A DNA stretch of 64,000 nucleotides from a virus, in IMG/VR virus record IMGVR_UViG_3300023174_000079, positions 1 to 64,000 of that record; one strand, 5' to 3'. How positions within the stretch are numbered: the stretch's first letter is position 1; the number at the start of each line of letters is the position of its first letter. Positions 27,265-37,976 of this stretch are shown here, in pieces. The notes below the pieces were generated by a model. It worked only from the letters and a program-made list of their open reading frames with translations. It ran no database searches and was not told the DNA's origin. Position numbers and translations under genes: made by a program.

Positions 27265-29586
27265 TTACTGGCTATAGCTTCTATCACTAAAGCTCTTTCT
27301 TGTGTCACGGCTTGTAGATTGCTGTGTATTTAAAGACCAGCTAGAAGCATTAACAACATTTATAGGGCTGCTTACGTTGGATAAATTTTTATTAATAGCT
27401 TCTATTAAATCCTTAATACCTGTTGTTTGCTTGCGTGCTTCAATTGCTATATCTTTAAGATATGTTGTGTGGCCGCCGAGGGTATCGTTCATATCTCCCA
27501 TAGTATCTGAAAAAACTGTTGGTTGTGGTGTTAAGCTAACTAGACTTTCTGGTACAGTATTAATATCAAAAGCTTGTCTTCTTGTTTTTTCGAGATTTGG
27601 ATATTTTACACCAGTCTGTAGAGATGTTTGTTTTTTAATTTGATCTGTATCTTCACCAAACATTCTAGCTTCTGTAATACGATCAGCTTCAGCTTTTGCA
27701 GCCTGTAATCTGGTTATTTGTTCATTCGTTTCTTTAAGTTCTTGCTCCTTTTTTGTTAATCCTATTTCTGTCCTTCTTTTAGCTAGAGCGTCTTTCGCAG
27801 ATTCCAAGTCACGTTTTGTGCTCTCTATTCGCTCTTTTTCTACTTTAGGGTCTTGCTGTAATTCTTTTAATTGCTGAGTCAACTCATTGACACTCGTTTG
27901 TTGCGCTATTAATACAGTATCACCTTCAGTAAAGCTGCTTTCTTTAGCGCTTATCTCACGCTGTAAGTCGAGTGCTTTTTTCTTAGTCTGTAGATATTCA
28001 AGCGCTTGTTTTTGCTTATCCTTATCAGCTCCTTCTGGGGTTTTACTTATTTGTTCAGTGAGATCGCTAATTTCTTGTGCATATGTAGAGCTCTTTCTTC
28101 CGGCTTGACTTCCGTATCCAAATGTACCTTTTGTTAAGGCCCAGGTTATTCTTGTAGCTTGCATTGCTGGGGAATCACCCTCTTTAATACCTGCATCTTT
28201 TATTGTTGCCATGATGCCGGCGATCGGTCGGAGCATGCCTGCGATAGGTGAAGCAGCGTCGTCAAGATAATTCAGTGCTGCAGCTTGCTTGCCAGCGTCA
28301 CCTGAAAAAACATTAGCAATAGCATTAAGCACTTTACCTGTTGTCATGAAAACACGTAATACACTATGAAATAAATCAGATACGCTCTGTTTTATATTCT
28401 TAAAAGCAGTGTTAATAATATCTCCAATATTTATAGATGTGCCATCGGGTGCTGCTTCTCGTGCTTCTTGGCCAAGCTTACCTTCAAATATATTTTCTGT
28501 TAAACCGGTAAAAAAATCTGCTACAGGTGTAAGCATAGGAAAATATTGCGATAATACAAACCAACCTTTTTTAATGCCTATTTCTGTACCTTCACCGAAT
28601 AGGCCAAACGCTTCTTTTAAATGATCATATACTTCTACAATAGGGTGAAATAGGTTATCAAAGCCCTTTGATACAGCTTTCTTTAATCTCATCCAAGCGC
28701 TTTCAAAACTAAATCCTTTTTCAAATGCTTGTATACCACCTGGAGCAAGAAATTGTTTCTTAGATGTACCACCGAGAATATTAATTATATCCTCGCCGAA
28801 AGGTAACGCGAAAGCAAGATGCTTGAGACCCATCTTCCAGTCACCTTTTATAAAAGATTTAAATGCATCATAGACATCAAATAACCGACCAACGACAGGC
28901 ATATTTCTTAAGAAGTCTTTAATTTTATCTATAGAAAGTTTACCTGCTAAATTCTTTAGTGTAACCCCGAGTCCATCTTTCTGCACACTCTCCAAAAATT
29001 GTCTTGTCGGCCCAAATGCCATCGCAGCATATGATAAAGCAGCAAAGCCACCAACAACAGTAAGTAAGGGACCGAGAAAACCAAATACACTCCCTAATAA
29101 CCCTCCTTTGCTTCTTGAGTCTTCATCCTTGCGTAATCCTTGAATTTCTTTTAAGAGAGCTCCAATTTTAGTTTCAACGCCGAGAATACCTTTTATGGAT
29201 TGCTTCTCAGCTTTGGAAGGTTGTCTTAATAATGGGTCGTTTTTACGATCAGTTTCTTTTTGCGGGGTATCTTTTGCTACAAAGGAGCCGGAGATTGCTT
29301 TAAGTCCATCTTGAACAGTTTTTTGTAATCTCTCAGCATGTTCAATTTGTTCGTTCTGACCGGCAATAACAACATTAATAGCACCTGTCTGTTGATCGGC
29401 AGCAGCTGCTGTAATTGTTGCTAGATCATTTATAGCTACTTTAACAGATGCGATTCGATCAGAAAATCTATCAAGCTTTTCAGTTACAACTCTTTCAATT
29501 TTTGATAAAAGAGATGTCTGCTGTTCTAAGGGTATTCTAAATTCACCAAAAGCAGCATTAAATTGATCGATTGTTATACCTTCCAT
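27265..29586 (-). CDS. tape measure protein (gp29-like)
   Basis: Long helical/coiled-coil protein with a hydrophobic segment, next to the gp26-like genes. TAAATA is 6 nt before ATG 29586. Confidence 0.65.
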   Translation of the reverse strand: MEGITIDQFNAAFGEFRIPLEQQTSLLSKIERVVTEKLDRFSDRIASVKVAINDLATITAAAADQQTGAINVVIAGQNEQIEHAERLQKTVQDGLKAISGSFVAKDTPQKETDRKNDPLLRQPSKAEKQSIKGILGVETKIGALLKEIQGLRKDEDSRSKGGLLGSVFGFLGPLLTVVGGFAALSYAAMAFGPTRQFLESVQKDGLGVTLKNLAGKLSIDKIKDFLRNMPVVGRLFDVYDAFKSFIKGDWKMGLKHLAFALPFGEDIINILGGTSKKQFLAPGGIQAFEKGFSFESAWMRLKKAVSKGFDNLFHPIVEVYDHLKEAFGLFGEGTEIGIKKGWFVLSQYFPMLTPVADFFTGLTENIFEGKLGQEAREAAPDGTSINIGDIINTAFKNIKQSVSDLFHSVLRVFMTTGKVLNAIANVFSGDAGKQAAALNYLDDAASPIAGMLRPIAGIMATIKDAGIKEGDSPAMQATRITWALTKGTFGYGSQAGRKSSTYAQEISDLTEQISKTPEGADKDKQKQALEYLQTKKKALDLQREISAKESSFTEGDTVLIAQQTSVNELTQQLKELQQDPKVEKERIESTKRDLESAKDALAKRRTEIGLTKKEQELKETNEQITRLQAAKAEADRITEARMFGEDTDQIKKQTSLQTGVKYPNLEKTRRQAFDINTVPESLVSLTPQPTVFSDTMGDMNDTLGGHTTYLKDIAIEARKQTTGIKDLIEAINKNLSNVSSPINVVNASSWSLNTQQSTSRDTRKSFSDRSYSQ

Positions 29587-29610
29587 CAAAGATATTTATA
29601 ACAAAATATC

Positions 29611-30366
29611 TTAAACAGTAAAGAATGACCCGTCAATATCAATAGTTACATCATCTACCTTGAGATAGAGAGTCTCAAGATTTCTATAATTTTTGATAAA
29701 ATCAAGTACTTTATTAACTACGCTTGACGGGAGCTTTTCTACTATAGCAATTCTATCAGCTACTTTAGTTGAAGCAAAGGATATAACTGTTGGTGTCTCA
29801 CCTGCATTAATATTAATATCGGTTATAAACTTTGTAAGTTCATATACAAAAAGCTCACCGATTACTGCTTTAAAATCTGAATCCTGATTTTTCTTACCGA
29901 GGGCAAAGCTGTTAAGGTCATTATCGACACCAAGTGATGGTGCTTTAACTTTAACGGTAATATTTTTATCAATAATTACACTTTCAAGAGGGTAGTTCCT
30001 AATCTGCACGTTTGGAACGTTGTCAACAACTTTATTAAGATCAATTGTTTTGTCTTGAATTAAGACTGTACTCTCTAGCGCTTTAGCACGAAGATTAAGA
30101 GCAATTATACTCCTATCAATAGTTAAGAGCTGATTGATATCCAGTGTATCAAGAATATTGTCCTTAATAATATTATAAAAATAAGAATTAAAGGAAAGCT
30201 TGGTTAAGCTCTCATCAATTGATGACGTAAGAAGTCCTTTTTGCTGTTTGAGATTGAGTGCTTTAAGCTTGACTGTCTTTTGTAGAGATGGAATAAAAAC
30301 GTCAATTCCGCTTTCAATGCTAATTGTCTCAAGCTGTTTTAAAACATCACTAATATTACTACTCAT
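29611..30366 (-). CDS. baseplate hub assembly protein (gp26-like)
   Basis: IPSLQKTVKLKALNLKQQK...LTIDRSIIALNLRAK motif. Confidence 0.65.
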   Translation of the reverse strand: MSSNISDVLKQLETISIESGIDVFIPSLQKTVKLKALNLKQQKGLLTSSIDESLTKLSFNSYFYNIIKDNILDTLDINQLLTIDRSIIALNLRAKALESTVLIQDKTIDLNKVVDNVPNVQIRNYPLESVIIDKNITVKVKAPSLGVDNDLNSFALGKKNQDSDFKAVIGELFVYELTKFITDININAGETPTVISFASTKVADRIAIVEKLPSSVVNKVLDFIKNYRNLETLYLKVDDVTIDIDGSFFTV

Positions 30367-30396
30367 ACTATTATATATACCTAAAAACTAATTTTA

Positions 30397-31287
30397 TCAA
30401 GCCGGTGTTCCTATATTAGCAGGTACAGCAAGTGGATTACCACTTACCGGTTTCTTTTCAGCTTTCTCTCTATTAGCTTGTTCTTCTTTATAGAGGTTTA
30501 TATAGAGTAGAAGTTCAGCAAGAGTTGATTGCGAAACTAAATCGTAAGATAGATGAAGCTCTTTAAGTAAAAAATATTCAATCTCATAAATTGATGTAAG
30601 ATCTCGTTTAAAGCAAAGTTTTAAAAAGTCGAGTGTTGACTTTGTTAATAGGTTTGGTGTAATTTGGATCTGATCTTTCTGATTGTTAAAATCCACGGAG
30701 AGTAAAGAGAGCTTACTAATTTCTTCTTGTATTTTGTAGAGGTGTTGTTTTGCGTCTTTATAAACTGCTGCCGGTAACTGATCGATAATATCCAAAATAT
30801 TTTCTGTATAGTTTTTATCGCCGATACTAAGCTGTCTTATGGTTGAGAAAATAGACTCGTTATTTGATTTAAAATAAAACTGTGTAGGTATACCATAAGT
30901 TATTTTTAATTTACCGTATTCGACGACTGTATTATTGAATTTATTATACAAGTCCATACTGTCTATTTTTTCAATAATATCGTATATCTTAAATGTGAGG
31001 TTTACTGTACTTCCGTTTTCAGGGTGCATTACAGTCAGCTCAAGAGAGGGCTGTATACACATTGCCCTTATTGTTAGCAATATAATCAATTTGTCTAAAA
31101 ATGTAATATTACTGACATCGTCCACACAATGCTCTTTAATGAGACTATCGAAAGCATCAGTAATGAGTATATCGTTATCGTTTGTTATTAATTTACAGAG
31201 CTGTTTAAAAGCGGTAAATTTTAATTCTGTTAATTTAACGCTTTTATTAAGGCTGGGTAGATAAGCTGTATATACAAACTGACTCAC
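30397..31287 (-). CDS. baseplate hub assembly protein (gp26/gp51-like)
   Basis: LPSLNKSVKL...FLDKLIILLTIRAMC, plus a C-terminal gp51-like YFLLKELHLSY...ELLLYINL segment. Confidence 0.55.
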   Translation of the reverse strand: MSQFVYTAYLPSLNKSVKLTELKFTAFKQLCKLITNDNDILITDAFDSLIKEHCVDDVSNITFLDKLIILLTIRAMCIQPSLELTVMHPENGSTVNLTFKIYDIIEKIDSMDLYNKFNNTVVEYGKLKITYGIPTQFYFKSNNESIFSTIRQLSIGDKNYTENILDIIDQLPAAVYKDAKQHLYKIQEEISKLSLLSVDFNNQKDQIQITPNLLTKSTLDFLKLCFKRDLTSIYEIEYFLLKELHLSYDLVSQSTLAELLLYINLYKEEQANREKAEKKPVSGNPLAVPANIGTPA

Positions 31288-31323
31288 AAGGAATACTTAA
31301 GACATGTGACGAAAGACTCAAAT

Positions 31324-32217
31324 TTAAACAGTATTATATCCTTTAAATAGGCTTGGATTACCTACTTGAGGTGCTCCGTTTTGTGCAAAATTATTAATAA
31401 TATCAGTAATTGGTAAGTATAGATTATTGGATACGGTGTAGTTTGAATATGTCCAACGAGTATTATATGTAATCATTTTTTCTTCTGCGTATTCAAGTGA
31501 CTCTTCACCCACAGTAAATGGTACACAGTTATAAAAATTCCATATCTTTCTAGGAATCATTGATACACCGGCTCGAGAGCGTGTATATTGTAAAATATGC
31601 ATATTAACTTTCATGTTTTTATTGATCTGGTTGAGATCAAATGGATTTCTAGCAACCATGCCAAAATGTGCAGCAAGAATAACCCAGGGTCGGATAACAA
31701 AATCAATAAACGATGTATTTGTTTCTCTAAAGCTAATATCTAATACAGGTGCATCTGTGTTTCTTGCGCCTCCAATGACACCGGGTAAGAATCCTCTATT
31801 GTTATCAACGTGAGCTGTCTCTACGGTAAATGACTCGTTAGGAATTGTAACTGCAGCAGCAAATAGACAGCCGATTACTTTTTGTAAGGGAAAGGAAGTG
31901 AGAATATTTTTAGCTCCATCAATATCAAACCCTTGTTTTGATCCATCTGTACGCTCAAGTCCTTGAATAATAGAAGTGTTAAGACCTACAGGATAGCTAT
32001 CAATAAGTACGATCCATTGAGTAGCCATGGGGAGTGCAGTAAACCACGACTCCATTTGTGTTAGGAAATAATCTCTTGTGCTGATAATAGGTACAGCAGG
32101 TAGATTTAACCCAAAAAGCTGAGATACCTGAGGTGCAAAAAGAGGATTAGCCCCGGTACCGACTCCAATAAGATTCTGACCTAAGCTATCAAGTGCACTA
32201 CTAAAAGGATCGTTCAC
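31324..32217 (-). CDS. tail tube initiator (gp54-like)
   Basis: Tube-fold motifs VTIPNES, LDISFRET and WNFYNCVPFTVG. Late promoter 5 nt before the GTG. Confidence 0.6.
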   Translation of the reverse strand: MNDPFSSALDSLGQNLIGVGTGANPLFAPQVSQLFGLNLPAVPIISTRDYFLTQMESWFTALPMATQWIVLIDSYPVGLNTSIIQGLERTDGSKQGFDIDGAKNILTSFPLQKVIGCLFAAAVTIPNESFTVETAHVDNNRGFLPGVIGGARNTDAPVLDISFRETNTSFIDFVIRPWVILAAHFGMVARNPFDLNQINKNMKVNMHILQYTRSRAGVSMIPRKIWNFYNCVPFTVGEESLEYAEEKMITYNTRWTYSNYTVSNNLYLPITDIINNFAQNGAPQVGNPSLFKGYNTV

Positions 32218-32244
32218 CTAATTATTTAGCTTAGGTAATTGAAT

Positions 32245-32808
32245 TTAGGATGTCCTCGTAAAGTAATGATATGCCATTGTGGCGGTGAAGTCAATGGTCT
32301 GACCAGTACCACCGGCGATATTATAGCTGAGAGCACCGACGCTACGTGGTGAAACACCGATGAGACTATATTCAGCGACACGATTCAACTTGTTATCAAG
32401 CTGAAGGAGGTTGATAACGGATGTCTGCTTAGGCGTAAGATAATCACCGGTGCTGTTAGCGTCATCGAATGTATAACGCGACCAATCTTCAAACTTCTGT
32501 CTGATCTGTGATTGGGCATCAGCGTAGAATGTCATGCTATAGCCTTCTGAGCCGGGATAGGTTGCATTACCAGGAAGATTGAAGTTGAGTCCCATATAAG
32601 GAACAGCAACGTTAGTGATAGCTCTTTCAGGTAATGTAGCTGTCTTAACATAGACAAGATCGGTATCACCGAACTGGATTGTTTGCCCGGCTGCGTTTGT
32701 TGCGCCGCCTGTTGTAATCGACAATACACGGAAATTAAAATCACGTGCGAAGTCTCTTGCAGCTGCTGTACTGTAGAATTGATTGATCAGTTGGTTTGTA
32801 TCGGCCAT
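32245..32808 (-). CDS. gp19: tail tube protein
   Basis: VKTATLP...VPYMGLNFNLPG...IRQKFEDW...FTATMAYHYF. Follows the sheath gene. Confidence 0.88.
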   Translation of the reverse strand: MADTNQLINQFYSTAAARDFARDFNFRVLSITTGGATNAAGQTIQFGDTDLVYVKTATLPERAITNVAVPYMGLNFNLPGNATYPGSEGYSMTFYADAQSQIRQKFEDWSRYTFDDANSTGDYLTPKQTSVINLLQLDNKLNRVAEYSLIGVSPRSVGALSYNIAGGTGQTIDFTATMAYHYFTRTS

Positions 32809-32828
32809 ATGTGTAATTATTTAGTTGT

Positions 32829-35165
32829 TTATGCTACGATCTCAGAGAAGTTTTGATTTGTTCTTGTAGCGTAGAAGTTAACAAGTACATACTCCGCAGT
32901 ACGGACTGGCTTGATGTAGATATCAACAACAAGCGAGTTATCATCAATAACAGCGGGTGTATTGTTACGTTCATCACAGATTAACAAGTAATCATAGAGA
33001 CCGGCTGAGTTCTTTGCATTGTCAAAGATTGGTGTGAGAACGTTCTTAACTTGAGTTCTTGTAAAGAGTGTATTAGGTTCGAATACATAGTTTCTTGCAA
33101 CAAGATTTGTCTGATTTTCAAGTGTTAAGAACAACCTGCGGACGTTAATACGATCGAAAGCGCTTGGAAGCTTTGACATGGTCTTCTGACCATAAACGAC
33201 ATAACCTTCGTTCGGGAAGAACGCGACTGGATTGAGAGAGATCTTATAAAGTTGATCGCGCTGCTTTTGCTTAGGATAGACAGCAATGTCAGTAATACCG
33301 TTAACAACACCGCGACGGAAGCCAGCAGGAGCTGTCCAAGGCTGGTAGTTGGCGTCGGTGTTAGCCATGATAGCTGCAGCAAATCCTGAGAACGGTACCC
33401 AAACGAGTCTGCTTGAAGATTGGTCAGGTACTTGTACTGCGTTTGCATATACAGCTGTGTAGCTGTTATTGATAAAGCTAAACTGGTTATATAGCGGCCA
33501 GTAGATATTTGTGCTAAAGTCCTTATTAGGATCATCAAGAGTCTTAACGCCGTTCTGAACAAAGATGTTTGTAAGAGGGTCGGCGATGAAGAGGTGATCT
33601 TTGCGCTTGTTTGCTGTGAAGTTAACGAACTGTGAAGCAACAGCCTTGTAGTTAAGTGCAATTTGAGCACTAGCACCTGTACCATCTTGTGCTGTTAATG
33701 CATTGATATCTGTACCGGTATAAGGAACGCTATCATCGAAGTAACCAGAGGTTGTCGGGTTGAAGGAATTTGCGTAAATTGTACCAAGACCGGCTTCAGT
33801 TACAATGGATAGCGGATAGAGATCGGCATTATCCACGAGGTTGAGCATATTGTTAACCTTTGTAGGTACATCGCCGATAACTTTTGTTGTAACATTTTCA
33901 ACAGCGTAGTCACCGAGAGCGACAAGACTATTTGTTGAGCCGTATTGTGTAATAAGTGCGCTATAGGTAGCGGATGTTGCGCCAGTGCGGGTCGCAAAAG
34001 CGATATCATTGGCGTCGGTTCCAAGAGGCGTAGCGCGTGCACTGTTTAAGAAACGAACACTCTTGTTAGGCACGCCGCTAAGGTTAAGCCATGATGTTGT
34101 ATTCTTATTGGAGATATAAGGATTAACAAGGGTAATGATGTTATTGGAATTGTTTTCAACTTGCTCAATGAAATAGCTTGTTGCAGGCCCACCGTTTGGG
34201 TTGTTGATTTGACGATAGTAATCAAGCGAGGCGTTATACCCTTCCTGTAAGACGTAGTCAAGCTGGATGGTGTCGGGTGAGAATACAGATTGACGGAGCT
34301 TAAATACACCGATATTAACTGTATCGTTAAATGCTGTTGACGATGTATCGAATGTCGGGATATTTTCCACAACTTCAGAAATACTGCCGTTAGCGCCAAG
34401 TGTTGTAGCAGAGAGCGAGAATGTTAAACGCTGACTTGGAACAGTTACGTAGTTGCCTGGCGTGATGAATCCGTTTGTATTAACAGATTGAACGGAGTTG
34501 AAATCATCAAATTGTGTGGCTGGGTTAAGAGCGGTATTGTCAGCAAGAGCTATATATGTACCTTCAAAGCGGCTGTTAACAGAGGCTTGGGCTTTATTAA
34601 GAACGATTAAGCCAGCATTAGCTAATTGCGATAATGAGCTAAATGTTGCTTGACCGCCGCTAGCGCTCCATGTATAGGCGTCGCCTCGAAGAACGGAAAG
34701 GTAATCAGATTCGTTTAGTGTAACGTGTGTTGGCGCGCCAAAGAAGTATGTAACACCTGCAGTAGAGACGGAATAGTTGAGCGTTGATGATGTAAGAGTA
34801 ACGACTGCTGTTGAGGCGGGGTTAGCTGAAAGTGTAGCAGTAACTACGGGATAAACAAGGGCACTGTACTGACTTGTTGTACCGAGACCGGCTCCACCAC
34901 CGTAGGGAATACGATAGCAAGTAACATTAGCAGGTGACTGAAAAACGGCTTTTGCAGACTGATAGAAGTAACGCTCAGCTGCGTTTGTAGGTGTACCGAA
35001 AATCTGTTCAAATTCAGATAATGTGCTTACCTGAACAGGATCAGAGGAAGGGCCCTTAGGAGCGAAGCCGGGAATTAAGATATTTGTTGATGAGGCGAGA
35101 TTTGCTCTAAGTGAAAGATCGACTTCACTAATTTGTACGCCGGGACTTTGAATTGTACGTGCCAT
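32829..35165 (-). CDS. gp18: tail sheath protein
   Basis: SPGVQISEVDLS, PWTAPAGFRRG, YGQKT, SAFDRINVRRLF and IYIKPVRTAEY motifs. Confidence 0.96.
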   Translation of the reverse strand: MARTIQSPGVQISEVDLSLRANLASSTNILIPGFAPKGPSSDPVQVSTLSEFEQIFGTPTNAAERYFYQSAKAVFQSPANVTCYRIPYGGGAGLGTTSQYSALVYPVVTATLSANPASTAVVTLTSSTLNYSVSTAGVTYFFGAPTHVTLNESDYLSVLRGDAYTWSASGGQATFSSLSQLANAGLIVLNKAQASVNSRFEGTYIALADNTALNPATQFDDFNSVQSVNTNGFITPGNYVTVPSQRLTFSLSATTLGANGSISEVVENIPTFDTSSTAFNDTVNIGVFKLRQSVFSPDTIQLDYVLQEGYNASLDYYRQINNPNGGPATSYFIEQVENNSNNIITLVNPYISNKNTTSWLNLSGVPNKSVRFLNSARATPLGTDANDIAFATRTGATSATYSALITQYGSTNSLVALGDYAVENVTTKVIGDVPTKVNNMLNLVDNADLYPLSIVTEAGLGTIYANSFNPTTSGYFDDSVPYTGTDINALTAQDGTGASAQIALNYKAVASQFVNFTANKRKDHLFIADPLTNIFVQNGVKTLDDPNKDFSTNIYWPLYNQFSFINNSYTAVYANAVQVPDQSSSRLVWVPFSGFAAAIMANTDANYQPWTAPAGFRRGVVNGITDIAVYPKQKQRDQLYKISLNPVAFFPNEGYVVYGQKTMSKLPSAFDRINVRRLFLTLENQTNLVARNYVFEPNTLFTRTQVKNVLTPIFDNAKNSAGLYDYLLICDERNNTPAVIDDNSLVVDIYIKPVRTAEYVLVNFYATRTNQNFSEIVA

Positions 35166-35205
35166 ATAAAGTATTTATGGACATCGGGAAATATTTTTTT
35201 AGCTT

Positions 35206-35829
35206 TTACAGACTTTCTATTTCGTAAATGGGTGTTACAATGAGCTGGGAGTAGCTAATGGTCATTGTCGACTCAATTGCACCTCCATCCTTGTAGTTGT
35301 ATGAAATGCCGCCGAGATTTGTAGGGAAAGCATCAATATATTTGAACTCTATGACACGCTTATTATATTCATCAAGGCCGTATACGGATATTGTTGTTTT
35401 ATATTGACTATATTGGCCTTTAGCAGCAGATTCGACGACGGTTTGAGTAGGATATGTTAAATCGGTACTATCATAAGTGTTCAATTTATCGTCGTTTAAC
35501 AGATTGAGCCAGGTATAGATAACCCAGTAGTTATTAAACCGATTATCCACAATAAACTCCACTGTAACCGGTGGATAAGGATCGCGGGCGTGCGACGTTA
35601 CAGTTTGTGTCTGCCCGGCGTACCGATTTTGTACTGCAGGGACAGAGATTTCTGGAATTACTGTTCCTGCTACAGAAAACTGCATAGTATCAGGTAAGAT
35701 ATTAACATTATCCCGTACAAATTTTGATGTAATCTGCTTTAAAGCAGGTGGTACATCGAGGACAAGAAGAAATTTATCTTTCCTTGAAAGGTTGAACGGA
35801 CTTTGTGTATAATCAATAGCGTTTGACAT
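35206..35829 (-). CDS. gp3: tail completion/sheath stabiliser
   Basis: VTVEFIVDNRFNNYWVIYTWL and FKYIDAFPTNLGGISY motifs. Confidence 0.75.
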   Translation of the reverse strand: MSNAIDYTQSPFNLSRKDKFLLVLDVPPALKQITSKFVRDNVNILPDTMQFSVAGTVIPEISVPAVQNRYAGQTQTVTSHARDPYPPVTVEFIVDNRFNNYWVIYTWLNLLNDDKLNTYDSTDLTYPTQTVVESAAKGQYSQYKTTISVYGLDEYNKRVIEFKYIDAFPTNLGGISYNYKDGGAIESTMTISYSQLIVTPIYEIESL

Positions 35830-35833
35830 AAAA

Positions 35834-37042
35834 TTAGCCTAATAATTTCCAGCCCTGTTCTTCCATATCATTAATATCAGTTTTTTCCGGTGAATCACCG
35901 ATATCAAAAAGAATAGGCATTGGTGTACCTTCTTCCTTATGTTGTTCATTATTGTACATGGATGTAGGGTTAATAAAATATTTAATACCGTAATCCAGTG
36001 ATTTAATATGAAGCGGTCGTTTATTATCATCTAAATCAACTATCTCATAATACTTCTCTGTAATCTCATTTTCTAAAATCATTAACGACCAAATTAAACT
36101 CATGACTCGGTCATCGTGGTTACCGTTACCGGGTTTTGTCGACCAGGTACCATTAGGATAACGAACAAAGTTTTTTATCTCCATTAACGTCTTAATGTCT
36201 TTAATTCTTACAACGTTGAGTTCGTTCATCCAATAACGCATATTCATGACACCCTTATATTTTGTATTAGTGTGCGCTACAACCCCTGGTTTATTGAAGA
36301 CTTTGTCACCTGCTTTTGACCCGTATGTTACAATATTCTCATATCCAATATTATTTTTTAATTGATCAACAACCTGCGCGCCGCAATTATTTCTCTCAAT
36401 TAAAGCTGGAGGATTACCCCAATGCTGTAGGATTTCATGTAATTTTGTTGTAAAATTGTACGGGCTAATGTCATTATTATGGTAAATTGCCACTTGTTCT
36501 ATACTACGTAAATCAGTAATATCCAGAACTTGGATAACCGAAGCTGCTTCCTTTACACCTTCTGCTACGTCAACGCCAACTACATAAAGACGTTCTTTAT
36601 CTGGTTCTTTCCAGAGAAGATAATGACCATCGTCAAAAACAAATGTTGGTTCTTGGCATTCAGCCTTTAACTGATCGAAGAAAGCTTCATCAATAGCGCT
36701 TTCACCAGACTGTAAAAAGCAGTTATGTACATGTATATCGTTGGCGTAATATGTATTGCCGTTAGATACGTTTATAAGATCATAAACATCCTCGTAACCG
36801 TCAGGTTGAATATCTGTAATGAGCTCTGTCTTTTTATTCTTAAGTTCAAGTACATCACCCACTTTAAGTGTATTAGCTAAAACAGGTTCACCTTTAATAA
36901 CAAACGGGTGATCATATGTTACCCTTATCTGTTTATTTAATGTATTAAATTTTAGTACAGGTTTGTGAAGTTTACGTATACCCTCAAAAGACATGTACCC
37001 ATTTGGTGTCAAGACTTTATAATTACTTTTATTTATTTTCAT
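35834..37042 (-). CDS. gp17: terminase large subunit C-terminal (nuclease) half, preceded by split-intein C-fragment
   Basis: IntC ending ...IHVHN|CFLQSG, then RNase H-type nuclease motifs YVVGVDVAEG, IERNNCG and HDDRVMSL. Start placed at ATG 37042. Confidence 0.92.
   Translation of the reverse strand: MKINKSNYKVLTPNGYMSFEGIRKLHKPVLKFNTLNKQIRVTYDHPFVIKGEPVLANTLKVGDVLELKNKKTELITDIQPDGYEDVYDLINVSNGNTYYANDIHVHNCFLQSGESAIDEAFFDQLKAECQEPTFVFDDGHYLLWKEPDKERLYVVGVDVAEGVKEAASVIQVLDITDLRSIEQVAIYHNNDISPYNFTTKLHEILQHWGNPPALIERNNCGAQVVDQLKNNIGYENIVTYGSKAGDKVFNKPGVVAHTNTKYKGVMNMRYWMNELNVVRIKDIKTLMEIKNFVRYPNGTWSTKPGNGNHDDRVMSLIWSLMILENEITEKYYEIVDLDDNKRPLHIKSLDYGIKYFINPTSMYNNEQHKEEGTPMPILFDIGDSPEKTDINDMEEQGWKLLG
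36722..37042 (-). mobile_element. split intein C-fragment (107 aa, AceL/GOS-TerL-like atypical split)
   Basis: Block B VTYDHPF, block F VYDL, block G HVHN, followed by Cys+1. Confidence 0.9.
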
Positions 37043-37976
37043 AATCCCATATAATTTTAAAATCACACTTCAAGTGATCTTGTATTTCCTTTTGTCGGTT
37101 TGTGTCTCTCTGTTTTTGAGCCTCGTATGTATGATAGTGTTCGTATACTTCATATATGGTATTCGTTTCGTGGCAGTAGCCGTCTGGATAATATCCTATA
37201 ATAGAGAAATTTCTATCAATTTTACAATTATCAATTTTTTCCTGCTCATTGAGCAATTGCGTTTCATGACGTCCTATTGCATGAAACTTTGTATCTGCAC
37301 GGGATGCACGTTTTTGGTAAGCGATTCTACCTGCGAGTTGACGTTTTCTTCTTCTTTCTAGATTCTGTTCGGGTAGGTAGCGTAGCATATAAAATTTTTG
37401 CTCCCAGTCTTCACCGTATAAATATTTAAAATGGTCTTTAGAATTTGGACCAAGAGCGCAACCACGACGCTTGCAGTAGGATTTTTCTGTAATTTTTCGC
37501 TCTGTGGGTGAAAACATAATATATGTTCCACAGCGGCAGTAGTGTTTGCTATCGAATGTAAAATTATATTTTCCAGCGATTAATAGTCTAAATGATAGTG
37601 TAAATCTAGGATGCCTGCAGTACATCTTATATTTGTCTGTATAATAAAACAGTGCTTTGTATAATTCAGGATTATCTTTAATGAGTGTGCGTCCCTTTGC
37701 CTTGCCGAGATATTTTGTATAGTGGTAATTGCTGCTGTTTAGTATGTCGTGGAGCTGTAATTGTGTATATGTTACTTCGATTGAATTTAATTTATTTTGT
37801 AACTTATGATAATACTGCTTTGTTCTCTCTGCGCAGGCTTTCAATGTGCCTGAGCCGTATGTACCGTATTTTAGATAATTGGTCTCACGTCTCTTTAGAT
37901 TAGCTGCAATTTTTTTTTCAGGATCTATGTCATAATAGGTCAAATAGTTCCTTGATGGTAATTGCTTGTTGCTCAT
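37029..37976 (-). CDS. free-standing Vsr/EDxHD-like homing endonuclease between the split-intein halves
   Basis: C-terminal YYPDGY...IYEVYEHYH...RDTNRQKEI...FKIIWD nuclease domain. CRC...CxxxxC zinc motif and a basic NYLKYG segment. Confidence 0.8.
   Translation of the reverse strand: MSNKQLPSRNYLTYYDIDPEKKIAANLKRRETNYLKYGTYGSGTLKACAERTKQYYHKLQNKLNSIEVTYTQLQLHDILNSSNYHYTKYLGKAKGRTLIKDNPELYKALFYYTDKYKMYCRHPRFTLSFRLLIAGKYNFTFDSKHYCRCGTYIMFSPTERKITEKSYCKRRGCALGPNSKDHFKYLYGEDWEQKFYMLRYLPEQNLERRRKRQLAGRIAYQKRASRADTKFHAIGRHETQLLNEQEKIDNCKIDRNFSIIGYYPDGYCHETNTIYEVYEHYHTYEAQKQRDTNRQKEIQDHLKCDFKIIWDYENK

Noticed and set aside
27302-28624. Plus-strand ORFs antisense to the tape measure gene, and similar antisense ORFs elsewhere
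   Set aside because: They are fully nested opposite well-supported genes and have no signals of their own.
33125-34399. Same-strand alternate-frame ORFs (186, 80 and 117 aa) inside the sheath gene
   Set aside because: They are S/L-rich, with no promoter or recognisable motif, as expected from the biased codon use of a highly expressed gene.
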